DNA from: Gammaproteobacteria bacterium
Lineage (GTDB): Bacteria > Pseudomonadota > Gammaproteobacteria > UBA12402
Direction of reading: 5' to 3'
Assembly (NCBI GenBank): GCA_050123335.1
Contig: JASFHH010000005.1
Coordinates: 792-64,791, forward strand
Length of the DNA: 64,000 bases
Every line of letters begins with the position of its first letter. Positions within the stretch are counted from its first letter, which is position 1. A model generated the notes under the pieces. That model had not been told where the DNA came from, did no database searches, and saw nothing but the letters and a program-made list of their open reading frames with translations. Positions 17,384 to 26,479 of this stretch are shown here, one piece after another. The position numbers and the translations under genes were made by a program.

Positions 17384-17684
17384 ATCTTGAAATGAAGCGA
17401 GCAGCGATTGAAAAGGTCAGCACTGCTCCTACACCAAAAATTTCCGCATGGAAAGAAAATAAATCGCTCTTATAATGGCTGCAATCATTATAAGGAATAA
17501 AACATGCGTTATTTAAATCGAGATCCACCAGCTTATATCCTAAATATCTAGAACTATAAAACTTGCAAAATAGACTTAAAAAGGATACATTATGAAAATA
17601 TTGTTAATCATTTCTCATCAAGAAGAAAAGCGTTTGTTGACATCATTAATATCAACAGGTTAAATCAAAAACAGGAACGAATTT

Positions 17685-18689
17685 GTGATGTGCAAATCGC
17701 TGAAAATTTTTGTGCTAAAATTATCATGCTTAATGGCGTTTTTTTATCTTGCGATTTTTAATAATGCTTTTGCTTCCAACAACCAAATAACAATTATACC
17801 ACGATATAATATGGAAATTTTCAATCAAAAAATAACGAATATTTACACAAATCCAATTGCTCATAGCAAGGATATAAAAAAAAGAATCAAAGCAGACAGT
17901 CAGCATTTTATCTACAAGTCTTATTTGAACGGAGCACTTGGGGAAGGACCAAAAGCATTGTTTGACAAAAGCCCTTTGTATAGAACGGATATGTTTGATT
18001 GTACTACTTTTGCTAGCACTGTTTTGGCTTTGGTAGAATCAAACAATTTAATTGAATTTAAAAAAAATATCTTAAAAGTTAGATACAAAAACAATGCGGC
18101 ATTATTCATTAATCGCAATCATTTCATCAGTGTGGATTGGAATATCAATAATGAAAAGCAAGGTTTTTTAAAAGACATTAACAGTAAAATTCTTGATGAG
18201 AAAGGAAATCCTATAGCTGTAACTGCAAACGCTTTTATAGATAAACCCAATTGGTATAAGCATTTGCGGGCAAGCACCATCAAATCATTTTATGCAATGC
18301 CAAAAGAGAAAGTAAAAATTTTATATAAAGCACTGCATGATTGCAGTTATAAAGTAAAACCACAGGCTAGCAAAATATTGTATTTGCCATTTAGCAAGCT
18401 ATTTACGAATGGTGCACCTAATCAACAACTATTTGATCAAATACCATCAGCAACAGTTATTGAAATTGTCCGACCAAACTGGAATTTAAAAGATATCATC
18501 GGAACCAATATTAATATTTCCCATATGGGGTTTGGTATCCGCATCAAAGGCAAATTGATATTTAGAGAAGCATCCTTTGTGGATAAAAAAGTTGAAGATG
18601 TCGACCTTGAAAAATATTTAGCGCAGTACCTCAACAGCTCAACTATAAAGGGAATTCGTGTTGAAAAAATTGTATTGCAACACCGATAA
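17685..18689 (+). CDS. Secreted hypothetical protein (signal peptide, 334 aa)
   Basis: N-terminal signal sequence MMCKSLKIFVLKLSCLMAFFYLAIFNNAFA. Lies between two dinD fragments and has no confident family assignment. Confidence 0.45.
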   Translation: MMCKSLKIFVLKLSCLMAFFYLAIFNNAFASNNQITIIPRYNMEIFNQKITNIYTNPIAHSKDIKKRIKADSQHFIYKSYLNGALGEGPKALFDKSPLYRTDMFDCTTFASTVLALVESNNLIEFKKNILKVRYKNNAALFINRNHFISVDWNINNEKQGFLKDINSKILDEKGNPIAVTANAFIDKPNWYKHLRASTIKSFYAMPKEKVKILYKALHDCSYKVKPQASKILYLPFSKLFTNGAPNQQLFDQIPSATVIEIVRPNWNLKDIIGTNINISHMGFGIRIKGKLIFREASFVDKKVEDVDLEKYLAQYLNSSTIKGIRVEKIVLQHR

Positions 18690-18789
18690 AAAGTGACACA
18701 TGCAGATATTATACGCAGTAATTTCACCTAAAGTCTGCATGAAATCTGGGCTTCCTTTTTACAGACCATTTTGTTGACGTCAACAAAAT

Positions 18790-18975
18790 GGTCTGTAGTG
18801 TTATGCTTGGAATTTGTACAGGCTGCTTTTGCTTTGGCTATAACATTATGGAAATTTCTCCATTCTTCATAACCTAACAATTGTTGCAGCTCACGTGCTA
18901 GCCAAAATTCTACACCGTCTTCAGTTTTTTGAGCATGTTCTTCAAAGTTATTTGTTAATGTGTAAATAAAAATCG
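18790..18975 (-). pseudogene. dinD: dinD N-terminal fragment (start codon mutated)
   Basis: DNA ~80% identical to 21390..21600, the 5' end of the dinD-like ORF. An upstream palindrome cagaccattttgttgacgtcaacaaaatggtctg parallels ccattttcctgacgtcaggaaaatgg at 21362. Confidence 0.5.
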
Positions 18976-18986
18976 TTTTAATTTTC

Positions 18987-20102
18987 TTAATGCCATCTAT
19001 ATCTAAATTTTAAATTATTGAATTTATTATATCCAATATAATTCATATGCTGAAGCCGTCCCACAAGAATGCCTGGGGCAATATTCAATTTTTTGGCAAA
19101 TTCAATAATCAGGGCGGTACTCAGTTTATCATTTTTCTTTAACCATTCATTTAAGCGTGATGAAGGGATTAAAGTTTCTGCTGCATATTTATCTGCTTCT
19201 AATTCTTCGGAAGATTTATTTACAGTCTTGTTATTTATTTCAACAAAAAATTCTTTTTTGCTGTGTTTAATTATGTGACCTATTTCATGAAAGATTGTGA
19301 ACCATAAAATGTCGGCTGTTTTACCTCTTAAGCTTAATTGAACTAATGCTTTTTCAGGATTCAACCAGCAAGAAGCTCCATAAATAGGAACTTTTGGAAA
19401 AGGCTTTATAAAGACAATGGCGATTCCACAATCAGCACAAATATTCTTTAATTTAGGAACAAATATTTCTGGATCTTTTTCTTTAGTAAGCGCGCGCATT
19501 TGATCGAGTGATGAAATTAATTTTTCTTTATCAAATAGTTTGCATTGAATTTTTTCTCCTTCAAGCTCTCCCTTTCTTAACCAAACGCTAATAGCACCAA
19601 TATCTGATTTTAGATTCATGGCTTTCCTAAATGCAAGCCGTCGCCGTGTCCATCCTTGTTCCCATTGCTCTGGTGTGGCTACTCCAAAAAAATTTAATAT
19701 GGCAATCATTTGCTCCGCAACAGTATCGCCACATTTAAGAAGCCAACCTCTTTTTTTCATTTCTTTGATTGGAAACTGCTTAAGCCAATCTTTTTCTGCA
19801 GTTAAACGTTCTAACTCTTTTTGCTGGGCAAGGTAAGCACGGTAATTGGCTTCTCTTTGATTCCAAAATGCAGCAGGAGTACCAAGTGCTCTTTCCAACT
19901 GAATAGCTGTCTCTGAAGTAATTGCGGCTTTACCTTTGATAATTTCGTTGATAGTTTTTAATGGGCGACCAATACGTTCTGCAAGCGCTACTTGAGTCAT
20001 ACCTCGTTCTTCAAGAATTTCAAGCAATGTTGCTCCAGGGGCAGAAACGATGTCTGGTTGGTAAAAAAGTTTACTTTTTTCAATCATGGGTATCCTCCAC
20101 AT
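18987..20102 (-). CDS. HigA-like XRE-family HTH antitoxin fused to ImmA/IrrE-family zinc metallopeptidase (COG2856)
   Basis: N-terminal HTH (LLEILEERGMTQVALAERIG…) and a C-terminal HEXXH motif (FHEIGHIIKH). Likely start at MIEKSKLF. Confidence 0.7.
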   Translation of the reverse strand: MWRIPMIEKSKLFYQPDIVSAPGATLLEILEERGMTQVALAERIGRPLKTINEIIKGKAAITSETAIQLERALGTPAAFWNQREANYRAYLAQQKELERLTAEKDWLKQFPIKEMKKRGWLLKCGDTVAEQMIAILNFFGVATPEQWEQGWTRRRLAFRKAMNLKSDIGAISVWLRKGELEGEKIQCKLFDKEKLISSLDQMRALTKEKDPEIFVPKLKNICADCGIAIVFIKPFPKVPIYGASCWLNPEKALVQLSLRGKTADILWFTIFHEIGHIIKHSKKEFFVEINNKTVNKSSEELEADKYAAETLIPSSRLNEWLKKNDKLSTALIIEFAKKLNIAPGILVGRLQHMNYIGYNKFNNLKFRYRWH

Positions 20103-20415
20103 TTATTATTTTTATAGCGTTAACTAAATTCCAATTTATTCCACCACCATCTTTTTTATTTATACTCTTATTTGTTGGTTCAAATATCAATCTTAATGGA
20201 TGTTCCAAATCAAGAGAAAGCAACCCTTTTTTATCACCTATTAGTTCGTGGCAACGACCTGGTAATGTCTTAAAAGCTTCTAAATTAGGAGCAGCTTGTA
20301 AATCATCAAGGCGCGCTCTAATCTTTCGGGCACAATTTTTACCATAAGTTTTAAGCAACTTTTTTTCTGAGTTACAGATTTTCTGAAGCTTTTTATTTTT
20401 AAAGGTGATCTCCAT
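20080..20415 (-). CDS. higB: HigB-like toxin (RelE/ParE superfamily, plasmid-maintenance killer type)
   Basis: …ARKIRARLDDLQAAPNLEAFKTLPGRCHELIGDKKGLLSLDLEHPLRLIFE… is the HigB/RelE-like pattern. Sits upstream of and overlapping the HTH gene. Confidence 0.7.
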   Translation of the reverse strand: MEITFKNKKLQKICNSEKKLLKTYGKNCARKIRARLDDLQAAPNLEAFKTLPGRCHELIGDKKGLLSLDLEHPLRLIFEPTNKSINKKDGGGINWNLVNAIKIINVEDTHD

Positions 20416-20548
20416 GTTATAAATGCGTCTACCCTTATTTTTATTAATAATTATTAAAAAGTGTAGTATAGATTTCGTGGCAAGTCAAATTATATTTAAC
20501 CTTTTGGGTTAAATATAATTTAGAAAATTCAACGTTTTGGGAATTATT

Positions 20549-20577
20549 TGGTGGAGGCGGCGGGAATCGAATCTGCG
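20549..20577 (-). other. Partial copy of the tmRNA (ssrA) 3' end: att-site remnant of an integrated element
   Basis: tggtggaggcggcgggaatcgaatctgcg vs the authentic ssrA 3' end at 32061 (tggtggaggcggcgggaatcgaacccgcg). Preceded by ttttgggaattattt, shared with the 21686 copy. Confidence 0.6.
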
Positions 20578-20628
20578 TTATAGCTTATTGATTTTTGAAC
20601 CGTGGAAACAATCATACAATTCAAATTT

Positions 20629-20652
20629 AACCCCATCGAATTCGATGGGGTT
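20629..20652. repeat. GAATTC-centred hairpin, copy 1 of 3 (others at 21807..21830 and 22059..22082)
   Basis: aaccccatcgaattcgatggggtt / aatcccgtcgaattcgacgggatt / aaacccatcgaattcgatgggttt. The stem changes are compensatory. Copies 1 and 3 are preceded by caaatttaa. Confidence 0.5.
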
Positions 20653-20675
20653 AGAATACTACTTTTATTATAAAG

Positions 20676-21582
20676 AATCCGGTTTTTCCAACGATTTTTT
20701 CTTTTCTGTGGCAAGCCGACGTTCAACTTTTTTAACATCTTCAGCAGCAGAGCGTTCTTCAGGACAAATGCCTCTTTCTAATAATGTTTTGCGAACAGCT
20801 GCGTTGTTAGTAATATGTTCTTGCGAGACGGCAGCTTCTGTTTTCATGTTATGTTCTTTTGCATTAAAAATAGTAATTTCTGTAGCAAAATCTTTAGCCT
20901 TTAAAATGATTGTGGGAGCAAAATCAGCTAAAGGGCGATTTTTTGCTGAAGGTCATTCATGACCTTCAGCCCTTACGGGGCGCACTTCGTGCGACAAAAA
21001 TCTGCAGTCCTGCAGATTTTTTGGAACATTCCATTGATCTTTCATTTCTTGAGTTGTTTTTCTAAAAAGTGAAAAATTACCTTTATCTCGAATAAGAGCA
21101 AAATTTTTATTTCCCCCGGTTTGTTCATAAATAGTTTTTGATAATTCTTTTTCGGTAGTAGCTAATTTTTTACGTGCGGAAACACGTTCAATCTCTAAGA
21201 GCTTTTGTTCAATTAATTCTGTTCGGCGGGTTTGTATGGCGAAGTAAGTTTGCGCAAAGGCAATTTCTGATTTCTTTGGATCGCCATTTTGTGCAATTAG
21301 ATAGCAAGCGTAGCGGGTAAGCATGATGTCGTTGACTTCGCGTTGGCTACCAGAACCCAGTTTGACCATTTTCCTGACGTCAGGAAAATGGTCTACGATA
21401 TTGTGTCCAGAAGTTGTACATGATGCTTTTGCTTTGACTATAACATTAAGAAAATTCTCCCATTTTTCATAACCAAGCAATTGTTGCAATTCGCGTGCTA
21501 GCCAAAATTCCACGTCATCTTCAGTTTTTTGAGCATGTTCTTCAAAGTTGTTTGTTAACGCATAAATAAAATCAGTTTTCAT
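20676..21582 (-). pseudogene. dinD: dinD-like gene disrupted by a ~180-bp palindrome-rich insertion (20880..21060)
   Basis: The N-terminal 175 aa match DinD (…WLARELQQLLGYEKWENFLNVIVKAKASCTTSGHNIVDHFPDVRKMVKLGSGSQREVNDIMLTRYACYLIAQNGDPKKSEIAFAQTYFAIQTRR…). The frame then runs into gaaggtcattcatgaccttc / cgcacttcgtgcg / tctgcagtcctgcaga palindromes, and the C-terminal coding segment resumes out of frame. Confidence 0.6.
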
Positions 21583-21685
21583 TGTTAAACCTCTATTTTT
21601 AATTTTTAAAATTATCAAACGGTAGATTATCGCAAATAAAAAAATTAAAAACTAGCGTAAAAACTACGGGGTTTTGGGAATTATT

Positions 21686-21708
21686 TGGGCGGTGGGAATC
21701 GAACCCGC
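21686..21708 (-). other. Second partial tmRNA 3'-end copy (att remnant)
   Basis: gggcggtgggaatcgaacccgcg, preceded by the same ttttgggaattattt as the 20549 copy. Confidence 0.55.
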
Positions 21709-22469
21709 GTTGTAATTTGTTGATTTTGGCGGTACAGCTATTGATACTACTAAAATGAGAAGTCAGATAGTCTGAACTGATCGGGAATTCCGAATAGTTG
21801 AAATCTAATCCCGTCGAATTCGACGGGATTAGAATACCGCGTGGGGACAATTTGTTCCTTGGTAGCTTGATCAATTGTAGACAAATTGTCGACGGTTTGC
21901 ACTGATTAAATTTAAGCCAAACGTTTTGCCGACGTCGTCAAAATGGTATAAATTATTGAGTAGCAGTTATAAAGAAATTCTTTACAACTGATCTCATTCA
22001 TCTGAAGTTGCGAAACAACCTGTTTCGCAATTACGAAAAAATTGTACAGTTCAAATTTAAACCCATCGAATTCGATGGGTTTAAAATCAGTATTATTAAG
22101 TTGGTTCCAAAATACCCAAAAACTTAATCGTATTGCGATTTTGCAACTTGCTAAACTCAGAAAACAGAAGGTGTTTTAAAAAACCGAAAATACTTATTTA
22201 TTGAAAGTGATTATTAATTATTAATAAATTTAGTGAAATAAAGGATTGTATTTTCTAAATATTGAGGTAGAATAATCGGCCACTGGGAGATTTGTTCAAA
22301 ATCTCACCTGCCAAGAATAATAAAATCATAAAATAAGGTTCAGGCATTTCTCTTGAATTGCTGTCAGATATGGATATTCCTTTTGAACATGGAGCGCATT
22401 GGTCGCTTATTTTCTTAATAGAGTTAATTAGTAATCTAAAAAATTTAATAGTTTTAGGAGAAGAAATAT

Positions 22470-23195
22470 ATGTTTATTGTTGATGAAAAGCAAAAAAAAG
22501 AATGGAGAGGTATACAGTGTGTATTAACTTCGCCTATTGCGTTGTCCTATTTAATTTTGATGTTATTCGCGGTTTTTTTGGCAAATTTGTTTAATGATAT
22601 AAGAGTAATTCACTTAATGTGTGTAGCTGCCTGTTCAATTTCCGCTGGGTTTTTTGGTAGTAAATGGCAAGAGATTGTTAAACAAAGCGAAAGTGATGAA
22701 ACTATACTTTCGCGAGGACAAATGGCGATACGACGATTAAATAACTTATTATCAAATCTGAAAACAACTATTGACACAATTGAAAAATTTCTGGAATTTC
22801 AAATTGAAAATAGCGATAAAAACGCTTTAAAAATATGGTTAGAAAGCTTAGTAAGACAAGTAATTATGATACAAAAAGAAGGCGTAAGTGCTATTGAGGA
22901 TTGGGGTGATTTAATGCCAGATTATAATGTTAAAAAACATGTTGATCTTATAGGAGAATTACGTAGTGATGTTTTAAAAATTAAGAAAGAAAAAGAAGAA
23001 ATAGAAAAGAATAAAGTAATTGAGTCAGAAGAAAAAGAAAATAAAATAAAATATTTAACGAAAGAGTTAGAGATAAAAACAGCAGAGTTACAAGAAGAAC
23101 AACAAAAATTTAACGCATCGCTTTTTGGAGGATTAGATTTTGGTACAATTGATAAGAAAAGTTATTCTGAGCTGCTTTTAGATCTTAAACAATGA
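22470..23195 (+). CDS. Membrane-anchored coiled-coil protein (241 aa), first gene of a putative three-gene Abi-like module
   Basis: Two predicted N-terminal TM helices followed by a Glu/Lys-rich coiled coil. Layout is reminiscent of 2TM effector-associated domains. Confidence 0.45.
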   Translation: MFIVDEKQKKEWRGIQCVLTSPIALSYLILMLFAVFLANLFNDIRVIHLMCVAACSISAGFFGSKWQEIVKQSESDETILSRGQMAIRRLNNLLSNLKTTIDTIEKFLEFQIENSDKNALKIWLESLVRQVIMIQKEGVSAIEDWGDLMPDYNVKKHVDLIGELRSDVLKIKKEKEEIEKNKVIESEEKENKIKYLTKELEIKTAELQEEQQKFNASLFGGLDFGTIDKKSYSELLLDLKQ

Positions 23196-23229
23196 GATTT
23201 TTTAAGAAATTTTTAAATGAGAGGAAAAC

Positions 23230-24057
23230 ATGAGCAAATGGGATCAAATTGTTACTAGTGATGTTAATGATAAAACAGAATTAAAAAATTTAGAAAATGA
23301 TTATGCAAGAGGAGAGTTTTTGCAGAATATGTTAATTAGTACGGCTACAGGCGGTCAATCTCAGAGAGATGATCAATACAAAAAGTTAAGAAGATATTTC
23401 ATGGAAAGTGAACATGCCAATTTATTGCCTTTTTGGGTTAAGAGTAATAGAGATCTGGGAAGTTTCTGGCCATTTATACAAGAACAATTTTCAACTTATC
23501 GAGAAAGACGCGCTTTTATAAGAACAGAATTTGATCGTTTATTGAGTGCACTAGAAGCAAATTGTACTTGTCTGATTGTTGAGTCTGTTAATTTAACAAT
23601 GCGGCAGATAACACATGCAAATTTAAATTCATATTGGAATAAGGCTATAAAAAGAGTAGGGACTGATCCAGAAGGAGCTATTACAATAGCTAAAACATTA
23701 TTAGAAGGGAGTTGTAAGGAGATACTAGATCGTCAATGTGTAGAATATGATGATGACAAAATAACATTACCAAAATTATATAAAATAACAGCCAAATCAT
23801 TACAACTACATTCTACGCAACATATTGAAAAAATTTTTAAGAGTATCTTAGGTGGTTGTTCTGCGATAGTTGGAGGACTTGGCAATGTTAGAAATGAGCT
23901 TGGTGATGCACATCATCGTAAAATAAAACCATTACGTAGACATGCTGAATTAGCTGTTAATATGGCGGGGTCGATGGCAAAATTTTTATTTCAAACTTTA
24001 GAAGACAGAATGGAAATTAAAAAAGGAAAAAAACAAAGCAACGATAACATTAATTAA
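23230..24057 (+). CDS. HEPN/Abi_C-domain protein (AbiJ-like abortive-infection family)
   Basis: C-terminal Rx6H HEPN-type motif within GLGNVRNELGDAHHRK. Overall resembles Abi_C (abortive infection C-terminus) proteins. Confidence 0.55.
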   Translation: MSKWDQIVTSDVNDKTELKNLENDYARGEFLQNMLISTATGGQSQRDDQYKKLRRYFMESEHANLLPFWVKSNRDLGSFWPFIQEQFSTYRERRAFIRTEFDRLLSALEANCTCLIVESVNLTMRQITHANLNSYWNKAIKRVGTDPEGAITIAKTLLEGSCKEILDRQCVEYDDDKITLPKLYKITAKSLQLHSTQHIEKIFKSILGGCSAIVGGLGNVRNELGDAHHRKIKPLRRHAELAVNMAGSMAKFLFQTLEDRMEIKKGKKQSNDNIN

Positions 24058-24186
24058 TTTGGAATATACGCTATTTAAATTTATTTTAGTAAAAAAATAT
24101 GTAAATTTTTGGATTGTAAGAAAAAATGATAAATTTAATATAAAGCGTATCTTATTAATATATTAGTTTCAAGTAAAGGTATTTAC

Positions 24187-24816
24187 ATGATTTGGTCAAA
24201 AATTTTAACATTTTCTAATATAACCAGTATTATTGCAGTTATAATTAGTTTTATTTCTATTTTGATTGCTGGTTTTTCTACTTGGTGGCAATTTCTTAGA
24301 AGGCCAAAAATTAAAGGCATTTTTTCTGAGATTGCATTTGAAAGGCAGGGTGGTGGATATAAACCAACGAAGTTGAGTAATATTGTCGAACCATTCTTTA
24401 TATTAAAAAACATAGGAGCAAGATCAGCAATAGTTGAAAATATAAGATTAAAATTTTTTTTTGATGGAGAATCTTTTTACGCATATCCTTATTTAAAACC
24501 AGCAGAATCGATAGTTACTTGGGATGATCAAAAAGTAAAAAGACATTTTGTTGGTTTAATTTTGCCGTTTAACGAATCTTGGAAATGTGATTTAAAATTC
24601 AAATTAACAAATAAAAAGGATTTTTCTAATATAGGTAATCTTACAGGAACAGTTTTGTTGGAACTAAAATTTATTAAAAAAGGTTGGGTTATGGTAGATA
24701 CAAATACTTCCAATTTTTCATTTACTCGTGAGGAGATACAGATAGATGAGTCTTGGAAAAGGAAATCTGATTTTTATTCAAAAAAAATTTTTAAAAATTT
24801 TAGATCAAATTCATAA
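24187..24816 (+). CDS. Hypothetical protein with N-terminal TM anchor (209 aa), third gene of the module
   Basis: Hydrophobic N-terminus ITSIIAVIISFISILIAGFSTWW. Co-directional with the two preceding genes with short gaps. Confidence 0.4.
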   Translation: MIWSKILTFSNITSIIAVIISFISILIAGFSTWWQFLRRPKIKGIFSEIAFERQGGGYKPTKLSNIVEPFFILKNIGARSAIVENIRLKFFFDGESFYAYPYLKPAESIVTWDDQKVKRHFVGLILPFNESWKCDLKFKLTNKKDFSNIGNLTGTVLLELKFIKKGWVMVDTNTSNFSFTREEIQIDESWKRKSDFYSKKIFKNFRSNS

Positions 24817-25124
24817 CAAAGCAAATATTGGCAACATATCATTGGTTGATCTGATATATATGGTTGGAGCAGATATTCTTTAGAGCGCAATATAAAGCAA
24901 GATTTGTTTGTTGTACAGTTTGTACCTCAAAATAAAGTATATAATTGCTAAGATGATATTTGCTATGGATGAATGCTATTAATGTTGTTAATATCTGGCA
25001 GAGAAAGATCAGAACTAGTATTTTAAAATCGTCGCTATCAATCTATAATTAGGTTTGGAATTCATAACTTAGTTAAGCGATATTGCTGTAAAATGTTGCC
25101 ACAAACACCTTCATTAGAGTATAA

Positions 25125-25364
25125 AGTGGTCAACCCACGTATTATTCGTCAAACACCGCAACTCATTTGTTGCGCGCAGACGTTGATGTCAATACAATTA
25201 GAGCTTGGTTTGGTCATGTCTCAATTAATACAACCAATATTTATGCTGAGGTTGATATTGAGATGAAGGCTAAAGCGTTGGCATTATGTGAGATAGTAGA
25301 AATTAAACAAAAACTAAATTGTAATTATAATAAAAGTTTAAAGGGTTTTTTAGATGCCTTTTAA
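25125..25364 (+). pseudogene. int: Tyrosine recombinase/integrase C-terminal fragment
   Basis: …TATHLLRADVDVNTIRAWFGHVSINTTNIYAEVD… is the catalytic tail of phage-type integrases (H-x-x-R…Y region). An upstream in-frame stop leaves only ~80 codons. Confidence 0.65.
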
Positions 25365-25392
25365 TGTTCAATTATATAAATGAGAGTAAATA

Positions 25393-26309
25393 ATGATTAA
25401 AAATGTTCGCAAAAAAAACATCATTACTTAGCAAGAGTATACCTAAATGGTTTTTGTGATCAGAATAATATGGTTTGGTCATATCATAAAGATGATCTTT
25501 CAAAAATACATTGTCAAACACCAGACAATACAGCAATTGAAAAAAATCTTTATGCTGTGGATGGAATTGATGTTAATGTGTTTGAAGACTTTTTATCTGA
25601 CCAAATAGAAAGTCCAGCAGTAAATGCATTAAAGGAATTACAAAAAGGTCAACTGCCATCAAATAATGATAGACTTGTTTTAGCAAAATTTTTTGGCTTC
25701 ATGTTAGTACGAACTCCGTCATATAAGGCTTCTAATGAACAGCCATTTGAGCGTGAATCTAATATGTTACTAAAATTATACGTACAACATAAAGAGTGTT
25801 TTCAAAATTGGTGTAATAAATATGAAGGAATCAATAATCAACCTATAGCTAAAGATATTGAGCGACTAAGGCAAGAAATCTTAAATGGAAAATACATACT
25901 AAAACCACATCATAATTTTAGTCTTAATACTATAGGAAAATTGGGTTTAAGCATTGATTCTTATTTATTAAATATGAAATGGATAATGATAAAAGCACCC
26001 AAAGGTTATTTCTTTTTAACTTCTGACAATCCTGTTATTATCACAAATCCAGAGTGCAATGGATTTTATTCAACAGGATTAGGACAAGAAAACACTAGAG
26101 TTTTTATCCCAATTTCAAAGGAAATTGGTCTTCTTATGGTTAATTTAGATATTGATGGTTTTGACAATCAATCAATTGATAATAATAGTGAGATTGTAGG
26201 GCATATGAATAAAGCAATCATTCTGTTTGCATCCAAATTTATATTTAGTCATAAAAAAAACGACGACATTACACAATTAATAAAAAAAGTAACTGAAAAT
26301 AAAAATTGA
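25393..26309 (+). pseudogene. DUF4238-family protein, frameshifted in an A8 homopolymer near the 5' end
   Basis: ATG at 25393 (MIKNVRKK…) hits a stop after 12 codons. One extra or missing A in aaaaaaaa (25411-25418) restores …KKHHYLARVYLNGF…, the DUF4238 N-terminal HHY-x-x-x-YL motif. The downstream body contains the DUF4238 hallmark TSDNPV. Confidence 0.6.
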
Positions 26310-26479
26310 AATTATGTGTTGTAGACAGGGCAAAGTCGTTTTTCATCCTGTGTATGCGATTTTAAAAGCGCATTTACTTTTTTACATGTTTATAAAAGAT
26401 ATTAGTGTGACCTATACAGTTTAATTGAGCGGCGACTACTTAACGTTTGGCTTAGTGTTGCATGGATAAAGGCTTTTGG

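Noticed and set aside
17590-17661. 23-codon ORF MKILLIISHQEEKRLLTSLISTG upstream of the secreted-protein gene
   Set aside because: Too short and without conservation evidence. Possibly a leader peptide, but not supportable from sequence alone.
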